Below the pieces are notes generated by a model. It was not told where the DNA came from. It made no database searches and saw nothing but the letters and a program-made list of their open reading frames with translations. From positions 114,202-178,201 of the forward strand of contig OZ242356.1 of assembly GCA_965208785.1 (NCBI GenBank): a DNA stretch of 64,000 bases, in the 5' to 3' direction. This document shows positions 57,793 to 64,000 of this stretch, in pieces. This stretch comes from Acidimicrobiales bacterium (GTDB lineage: Bacteria > Actinomycetota > Acidimicrobiia > Acidimicrobiales > Bin134). Position numbers and translations under genes: made by a program. The first letter of the stretch is position 1. Each line of letters opens with the position of its first letter.

Positions 57793-59873
57793 CCGGCCAG
57801 GCCGGATCAGGAGGCGGCGTGCCGGTGCTGTCGGTGCGGAACCTGGAGGTGGTGTTCCCCACTCCCGACGGAGACGTGCAGGCGGTTCGGGGGGTGAGCT
57901 GGGACGTCTTTGAAAACGAAGTGCTGGCCATTGGGGGCGAGTCGGGCTCGGGCAAGTCGGTGAGCGTGATGGCGGCATTGGGCCTGCTGCCGACCAACGC
58001 CCAGGTGAGCGGATCGGTTTCCTACCGGGGCCGCGACGTGCTGGCCATGACCAAAAAGGAACTCGAGCTGCTTCGGGGTTCGGCCATCTCCATGGTGTTC
58101 CAAGATCCGATGACCTCGCTGAACCCGGTGATGACCGTCGGAGCCCAGATCGCCGAAGGGGTCCGCATCCACCAGCGGGCCAAAGCGGCCATCGCCCGGT
58201 CGAGAGCAGTCGAGCTGCTCGATCTGGTGGGCATCCCCAACGCCCCCCAGCGGGTGGACTCCTATCCCCACGAGCTGTCGGGAGGGATGCGCCAGCGGGC
58301 GATGATCGCCATGGCCATCGCCAACGACCCCGATCTGCTGATCGCCGATGAGCCCACCACCGCTCTCGACGTCACCATCCAGGCCCAGGTGCTGGAGGTG
58401 CTGGAGCGGGCCCGCCAGGCCACGGGCTCGGCCCTGGTCATCATCACCCATGACCTGGGCATTGTGGCCAGAACGGCCCACCGCCTGGCGGTCATGTACG
58501 CCGGGCGGCTGGCCGAGACCGGCCCGGTGGACCCGGTGTTCGCCCGGCCAACCCACCCCTACACAGCAGGGCTGCTGGCCTCTATCCCCAGACTGGACTC
58601 GGCGGCGAACCGGCGGCTCGTCCCCATCGACGGCACCACGCCATCGATGCTGGCCCCGCCGCCGGGTTGCGCCTTCGCCCCCCGCTGCGACTGGTCTACC
58701 GATGCCTGCACCCATGAGGTGCCTGATCTGAGGGCGGTTGGTGAGCACGGACAGTCCTCGGCCTGCATCCGCACCGAGGAGTTCCAAGCCCGGGCCGAGC
58801 CCGCGACTGAGGTGGAGATTCAGCTTGAGCCGCTCGACCGGGCATTCCCCCGCCGCCCCCAATACACGCCGGCGGACACCGCCCTTTTGCAGGTGAGGGA
58901 GCTGTTCAAGGACTTCCCCATTCGAGCCAAGGGCCTCCGACGAAAGGTGGTGGGCACGGTCCAGGCCGTGAACGGAGTGTCGCTGCACATCGACAAGGGG
59001 GAGACATTGGGGCTGGTGGGCGAGTCCGGCTCGGGAAAGTCCACCGTGGCCCGCTGCATCCTCCGGCTCACCGAGCCCACATCGGGATCAGTGGTTTTCG
59101 ATGGAGCGGAGTTGACATCGCTGGACCGGCGGCAGATGCGGAACCGCCGCCGGGCCATGCAGATCGTCTTCCAAGATCCGATGGCCTCTCTGGACCCGCG
59201 GATGACGGTGTCGTCGATCATCTCCGAGCCGCTCCGTGTTCACCGCATGGGCGACGACATCCGCGATCGGGCAGCAGAGCTCTTGCAACTGGTGGGCTTG
59301 CACCCCCAGCACGGAAATCGCTATCCCCACGAGTTCTCCGGGGGCCAGCGCCAGCGCATCGGCATCGCCCGGGCCCTGGCCCTCTCGCCCGATCTGTTGA
59401 TCCTGGACGAGCCGGTATCGGCTTTGGATGTGAGCGTGCAGGCCGGGGTTCTGAATCTGCTGGAAGACATCCAAGGGAAGCTGGACCTCACCTATCTGTT
59501 CGTGGCCCATGACCTGTCGGTGGTCCACCACATTTCTGATCGAGTTGCGGTCATGTACTTGGGACGGATCGTCGAGGTCGGCACCGCGCAGCAGGTCTAC
59601 GAACTGCCCGCCCATCCCTACACCCAGGCCCTGCTGTCGGCCGTGCCCGTCCCCGATCCGCCCCGAGAGCGCAAGCGGCGGCGAATAGTGCTCGAGGGCG
59701 ATGTGCCCAATCCCGCCGACCCTCCGTCGGGCTGTCGATTCCGCACCCGGTGCTGGAAGGCCCAATCGATTTGCGCCGAACACGACCCGGAGTTGCTGGA
59801 CTTGGGGGTGGGACACCCGGTTGCCTGCCACTTCCCCACCCCCGACGACCTTACGGGGTCGGAGCACCGATAG
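57789..59873 (+). CDS. fused double ABC ATPase (DppD-DppF in one polypeptide)
   Basis: Two Walker A sites (GESGSGKS twice) and two signatures ([16 protein letters not shown]). ATG 57789 overlaps the permease stop (ATGA). Confidence 0.9.
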   Translation: MTGQAGSGGGVPVLSVRNLEVVFPTPDGDVQAVRGVSWDVFENEVLAIGGESGSGKSVSVMAALGLLPTNAQVSGSVSYRGRDVLAMTKKELELLRGSAISMVFQDPMTSLNPVMTVGAQIAEGVRIHQRAKAAIARSRAVELLDLVGIPNAPQRVDSYPHELSGGMRQRAMIAMAIANDPDLLIADEPTTALDVTIQAQVLEVLERARQATGSALVIITHDLGIVARTAHRLAVMYAGRLAETGPVDPVFARPTHPYTAGLLASIPRLDSAANRRLVPIDGTTPSMLAPPPGCAFAPRCDWSTDACTHEVPDLRAVGEHGQSSACIRTEEFQARAEPATEVEIQLEPLDRAFPRRPQYTPADTALLQVRELFKDFPIRAKGLRRKVVGTVQAVNGVSLHIDKGETLGLVGESGSGKSTVARCILRLTEPTSGSVVFDGAELTSLDRRQMRNRRRAMQIVFQDPMASLDPRMTVSSIISEPLRVHRMGDDIRDRAAELLQLVGLHPQHGNRYPHEFSGGQRQRIGIARALALSPDLLILDEPVSALDVSVQAGVLNLLEDIQGKLDLTYLFVAHDLSVVHHISDRVAVMYLGRIVEVGTAQQVYELPAHPYTQALLSAVPVPDPPRERKRRRIVLEGDVPNPADPPSGCRFRTRCWKAQSICAEHDPELLDLGVGHPVACHFPTPDDLTGSEHR

Positions 59874-59884
59874 GGTTTCGCCCA

Positions 59885-60790
59885 GTGCCCGACGTCGTCA
59901 TCTCCGCCCGCGGGGTGCAGAAGAGCTACGGCTCGAACCACGTTCTCCAGGGGCTGGACTGCGACGTAGGGCGGGGCATCACCGGGCTTCTGGGGCCCAA
60001 CGGCGCCGGCAAGAGCACCTTCATGGGGCTGGTGCTGGGGTTGCGCCCCCGCCAAGGAGGCGTCCTCAACGTGCTGGGGGCGGATCCCGGGCAGAGCGGG
60101 CCTGAGCTGCGGGCCCGGCTGGGCTACGCCCCCGAGCACCACGACCTGCCCGGCGACGTGCAGGCCGCCGATTTGGTGCGCCACATCGCCCAGCTCCACG
60201 GCCTGCCCCGGCGGGCAGCCACAGAGCGGGCCAGCGACGCACTGTGGCAGGTGGGCTTGGGCGAGGAGCGGTTCCGCCCCATCGGCACGATGTCCACCGG
60301 ACAGCGCCAGCGGGTGAAGATGGCCCAGGCCCTGGCCCACGATCCCGACCTGCTGCTGCTCGACGAGCCCACCGACGGCCTCGACCCGGTGCAGCGCGAC
60401 GACATGCTGGCCCTCATCCGCCGGGTGGGCCGCGAGTTCGGCATCGACATCCTGCTGTCGTCGCACCTGTTGGAGGAAGTGGAGCGGGTGTGCGACTCGG
60501 TGGTCATTCTCGCCAACGGTGTGGTGGGCCACAGCGGACCCCTCAACCAAGCGGATTCCGCGGCATCAGGCATAAAGGTGGAACTGGACTCCGACCCCCA
60601 GTCTCTGGCCGCAGCACTAGTAGCGCACGGCGCGGAAGCAGCCGTCGACGGGCACATCCTCACCGTTACCGGACACGATGCGCTGACCGATCTGGTTCGA
60701 GACTTGGCGGCCGACCTGGGGCTGGGGCTGCGGCGGCTGGAGCCCCGCCGCACCACTCTCGAAGACGTGTTCATCGAGGCCTCCCGATGA
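59885..60790 (+). CDS. ABC transporter ATP-binding protein (ABC-2/DrrA-like), no adjacent permease
   Basis: Walker A GPNGAGKST, signature MSTGQRQR, Walker B LLLLDEP. GTG 59885. Confidence 0.85.
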   Translation: MPDVVISARGVQKSYGSNHVLQGLDCDVGRGITGLLGPNGAGKSTFMGLVLGLRPRQGGVLNVLGADPGQSGPELRARLGYAPEHHDLPGDVQAADLVRHIAQLHGLPRRAATERASDALWQVGLGEERFRPIGTMSTGQRQRVKMAQALAHDPDLLLLDEPTDGLDPVQRDDMLALIRRVGREFGIDILLSSHLLEEVERVCDSVVILANGVVGHSGPLNQADSAASGIKVELDSDPQSLAAALVAHGAEAAVDGHILTVTGHDALTDLVRDLAADLGLGLRRLEPRRTTLEDVFIEASR

Positions 60791-60836
60791 CCGAGGCCCG
60801 CATCCGCGACCGAGGCCCGCATCCGCGACCGAGGCC
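60789..60836 (+). repeat. 19-bp tandem repeat x2.5 starting inside the ATGA stop/start of the orphan ATPase gene
   Basis: GACCGAGGCCCGCATCCGC at 60789-807 and 60808-826. Partial copy GACCGAGGCC at 60827-836. Confidence 0.95.
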
Positions 60837-60946
60837 ATTTGACCGGTGAAGGGTCTTGCCGTGGACCACGGCTCCGACTGGGACGATATCTCTGAACTGC
60901 GCCAACAAGGAGAGTTGGGATAGCGCCTGCCCGTCCAGTGAAGCCG

Positions 60947-61645
60947 TCAGTCGAAGGAGGACAAATAGGCCTCCTCGATCTCATGGATTTGCGCCTGGAT
61001 TTCCCGGGAAGTCCCCTCGATGGCAATGCGCCCCCGCTGCATCACCAAGACCCGATCAGCAACAGCCAAAGCTTGTCGCACGTGCTGCTCAACCAGCAGC
61101 ACGCCGACTCCGTTGTCTGCCGCCCGTCGTACCATGGCGAGGAGCCGGGTGACGATGAGCGGCGCCAGCCCGAGAGACAGCTCATCGGCAAGAAGGACTT
61201 TCGGCCTGCGTCCGAGAACCCGAGCCAAAGTGAGCATCTGCTGCTCGCCGCCCGACAACAGCCCCGCTTTGCAGCCCAGCAACGGGATGAGCTCGGGGAA
61301 GAGATCAGTGGCATCGGCGATGCTCACATCGGCGAGGCGGAGGTTGTCGCGGGCCGTCATGTCCATGATCACCGACCGCTCTTCGGTGATGAATCCCATT
61401 CCCTGGCTGCACCGGATGTGCATCGGGCTGCTCGTGGCCTTCCCCATGAACTCGACGCAGCCCTGAAGAGGAGACAACTCGCCCGCCAGGGTCAACAGCG
61501 TGGTCGTCTTTCCCGCGCCATTGGGACCGATGAGGGCCACGATCTCTCCCTCAGCCACGCTGAGATCGAGTTCTCTGATGACCGCCAATTCCCCGTAGCC
61601 GGCCGAGACGCTCTGGCAAGCCAAGAGGACGTTCTGCTCGCTCAT
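60947..61645 (-). CDS. livF: branched-chain amino acid ABC transporter ATP-binding protein
   Basis: Begins MSEQNVLLACQSVSAGYG. Contains GPNGAGKTT and LSGGEQQML. ATGA overlap with the upstream gene. Confidence 0.9.
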   Translation of the reverse strand: MSEQNVLLACQSVSAGYGELAVIRELDLSVAEGEIVALIGPNGAGKTTTLLTLAGELSPLQGCVEFMGKATSSPMHIRCSQGMGFITEERSVIMDMTARDNLRLADVSIADATDLFPELIPLLGCKAGLLSGGEQQMLTLARVLGRRPKVLLADELSLGLAPLIVTRLLAMVRRAADNGVGVLLVEQHVRQALAVADRVLVMQRGRIAIEGTSREIQAQIHEIEEAYLSSFD

Positions 61646-64000
61646 GCTGGACTTCCCCGCTCTGGCTCGGCCTCTTGGACTGCGTCGCCCTCGGTTCCCA
61701 GGTACGCCTTGACCACGTCCGGATGCTCTCTGACCTCCTCTGGGCGCCCATCGGCTATCATCCTCCCGAAATCTATGCACACAACCCGGTCGCAGGTGGA
61801 CATCACCAAGCCCACGTCGTGCTCAACCAGCAGCACGCCCATGTTGCGCTCGTCGGCAAGGCTGCGGATAAGGCTGGCCAGTTCCCGGCTCTCCACCTCA
61901 TCGAGGCCGGCCGCGGGTTCATCCAGCATGATGATCGACGGGCCAGAGGCCACCGCCCGGGCGATTCCAACCAGGCGCCGTTGGCCGTAGTGGAGCTCAG
62001 AGGGCAGCCGATCAAGGCTTTCCTCCAGTGCAAAGCCCTGAATCGCGGCCACCGCGGTCGATGGGAGTTCGTGGTGGCCGGGCCAGAAGAGGTCGGAGAT
62101 CCACGACAGCTTGCGGGTGCCGCGCTCCGCCCCAGCCCGGATGTTCTGCTCAACGGTAATGTCCTCGAACAACTCCAGGGATTGGAACGACCGGCGCAGA
62201 CCGAGGCGGGCCCGCTTGGTCGGACTCAACCTGTCGACCCTGGCCCCGCCCACCGACATCTTGCCGGCCGAGGACCGCACGAATCCGGTGACCGCGTCGA
62301 TGATGGAGGTTTTTCCTGCGCCGTTGGGTCCGATCAGCCCGACCACCTCGCCAGGATTCACCTCGAAAGAAACCCGGTCAACCGCGAGCACGGCCCCGAA
62401 ATTGACAGAGAGCCCGCTCACCTCAAGGGTCGCGGGAGGCACCGGCTCGACAGCCGCTGAAGGGAGCGGGGGTCGTGGCTTGGGCCTGGTCGCCAAGCGC
62501 AGCCTCGGCCACAACTTGCGGGTTTCTGACACGGCGATGTCGGCGATGCCGTTCTGGTGGAAGAGCAGGATGAGCAATACGAGGATCGCACCCAAGATCA
62601 GATCCCACTTGTCGCCGAGGTGGAGCCAGTCTTCCACCACCCGGGTGCCCCAGCCTCCCACCGCGCTTGGGGCTGCGAAAACGCCTCCCAGCACGTAGCC
62701 CAGCCCGCCGATCACCGCGAACCCCATGCTGTTGATGGACTCGAATACGTTGAATCCGCCGTACTGGATGATGCGGCTGCGAAATGCCACCAATATGCCC
62801 GCGGCAGCTGCAAGCCCCGATGAGATGGCAAAGGCGTACAGCTTGACGCCGAACACGCTGATGCCCAGCGAGGCGGCGGCCCGCTCATTCGTGCGCACCG
62901 CGATGAGTCGCCGGCCGGTGCGCGACCGCCGCAGGTTGGCAACAAGGAGGGCCAGGAGGACGAATGCCGCCAAGTTCACCACCGCCCACGCCTTCGGATG
63001 ATTGAAGGCGTCGACTTCCCAGCCGAAGATCTTGACCAGCCCTACCCTGGTGCCGGCGTCGAGGACGTCGCCGAGGTACCGGGCATTGGCGAACACCATT
63101 TCCGACACACTGAATCCGAGCCCGAGCGTGAGCACGGCAAGGTTTACCCCCCGGGTCCGCAGTGCCGGCAGAGCGAACAGAAGGCCCACGGGAATGGTCA
63201 TAAGCACGCCGAGGATCATGGCCAGCTCGACGGGCACATCGGCTCGTATCAGGCGTCCGGCGATCAAAGCACCGATACCGGCAAAGGCCCACTGGGCCAG
63301 GGAGATCTGGCCTGCGTAGCCGGTGAGCACCACGATGGACAAAACCATGATGCCCGCGGCCAGAGATATGTAGGTGGCGTGGGCCCACGAGTCGCCCATC
63401 ACGGTGAACAGCAGCAACAACACAACCCCGGCGGCGGTCAGCAGACCGGTGATGTTCACTTCCCCGGTTCCCAGCCTTGGCAGCTTGTCGGCCACATGGG
63501 ATCGGAGCGGAAGGCCGCGGCCTCGGATCACCACAACCAAAAGGATCACCGCGAACGCCGAGAAGCGGTTGAGGCCGGTGATCAGGTCTTGACCGAAAAA
63601 GTCTTCCACATCGCCCTTGTAGGCGGTGGCCAGCGTCTCGCCGAGGCCGACGATCAGCCCGCCGAGCAGTGTCATCGGAAACGAGTGGAAGCCGCCCAAG
63701 AGCGCAGCGGCGAGACCGGCAACCGTGACCACGATGGTGAAGGTGGCAACCGAGAGGCCGGTCAGGGGGGCGGCCAACACCGCGGCGACTCCGGCCAATG
63801 CGCCTCCGGCCCCCCAGGTGAGCGCGGCCAGCCGGTCGGGCGACCAGCCGAGGGTTCTCACGGCCCGCTCATTCTGGGCGCTGGCGGTGATGGCCAGCCC
63901 CACGCGCGTGTACCGGGTCCACGCCCACAGCACCACAGTTACGGCCACCGTGATGCCGATCAGGTAGAGGCGCTCCTCTTGCACCTTCACACCGCCCAAG
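61642..64000 (-). CDS. fused LivH-LivM permease + LivG ATPase (5' end outside window)
   Basis: A single open frame of 785 codons. It reads a LivH-like C-terminal region, then a LivM-like permease, then a LivG-like ATPase (GPNGAGKTS, LHYGQRRLVGIARA). Confidence 0.8.
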   Translation of the reverse strand, partial: LGGVKVQEERLYLIGITVAVTVVLWAWTRYTRVGLAITASAQNERAVRTLGWSPDRLAALTWGAGGALAGVAAVLAAPLTGLSVATFTIVVTVAGLAAALLGGFHSFPMTLLGGLIVGLGETLATAYKGDVEDFFGQDLITGLNRFSAFAVILLVVVIRGRGLPLRSHVADKLPRLGTGEVNITGLLTAAGVVLLLLFTVMGDSWAHATYISLAAGIMVLSIVVLTGYAGQISLAQWAFAGIGALIAGRLIRADVPVELAMILGVLMTIPVGLLFALPALRTRGVNLAVLTLGLGFSVSEMVFANARYLGDVLDAGTRVGLVKIFGWEVDAFNHPKAWAVVNLAAFVLLALLVANLRRSRTGRRLIAVRTNERAAASLGISVFGVKLYAFAISSGLAAAAGILVAFRSRIIQYGGFNVFESINSMGFAVIGGLGYVLGGVFAAPSAVGGWGTRVVEDWLHLGDKWDLILGAILVLLILLFHQNGIADIAVSETRKLWPRLRLATRPKPRPPLPSAAVEPVPPATLEVSGLSVNFGAVLAVDRVSFEVNPGEVVGLIGPNGAGKTSIIDAVTGFVRSSAGKMSVGGARVDRLSPTKRARLGLRRSFQSLELFEDITVEQNIRAGAERGTRKLSWISDLFWPGHHELPSTAVAAIQGFALEESLDRLPSELHYGQRRLVGIARAVASGPSIIMLDEPAAGLDEVESRELASLIRSLADERNMGVLLVEHDVGLVMSTCDRVVCIDFGRMIADGRPEEVREHPDVVKAYLGTEGDAVQEAEPERGSPA

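Noticed and set aside
60856-60880. Palindrome CCGTGGACCACGG downstream of the orphan ABC ATPase, considered as a terminator.
   Set aside because: The loop would be only 1 nt, so it cannot form an RNA hairpin. It could be a protein-binding site, but nothing supports that.

Overview
High-GC, actinobacterial-type chromosomal segment with tightly packed genes. Many starts and stops overlap as ATGA or TGATG, and several genes look leaderless. No rRNA, CRISPR array, transposase or integrase was seen.

Layout:
- 1-3.4 kb: ATP-grasp / alpha-E / transglutaminase triad, a predicted peptide-modification system.
- 3.4-7.1 kb: Dpp/Opp-like ABC importer with no ATPase gene.
- 7.3-10 kb: an overlooked UGSC-motif selenoprotein (in-frame TGA plus a SECIS-like hairpin), flanked by two uncharacterised genes.
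- 10.9-20.8 kb: polyamine uptake and catabolism locus (agmatinase, potABCD, lrp, transaminase, aldehyde dehydrogenase, FAD oxidase).
- 22.4-30.6 kb: accessory patch. It holds two toxin-antitoxin (TA) modules, a 734-aa secreted protein preceded by an 18-nt poly-G tract, an orphan beta-class DNA methyltransferase with a non-canonical catalytic motif, an AAA/PD-(D/E)xK ATPase, and a truncated paralogue of that ATPase. Each ATPase copy is preceded by three 23-bp-phased direct repeats.
- 30.6-36.5 kb: ppc, glpD and an FAD-linked oxidase.
- 36.6-47.2 kb: three more TA modules mixed with pgeF, methionine/MTA-salvage-like genes (mtnA, a fused aldolase-SDR, and a transaminase with an omega-amidase), an initiator tRNA-Met, an MFS transporter and a secreted protein.
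- 47.2-53.6 kb: arylsulfatase, otsA and an OtsB-GH15 fusion.
- 54.2-59.9 kb: a complete Dpp-like importer with a fused double ATPase.
- 59.9-64 kb: an orphan ABC ATPase, livF and a LivH-LivM-LivG fusion that runs off the window.

Short tandem or direct duplications sit exactly on four gene boundaries. The long ORFs antisense to real genes are treated as high-GC artefacts.
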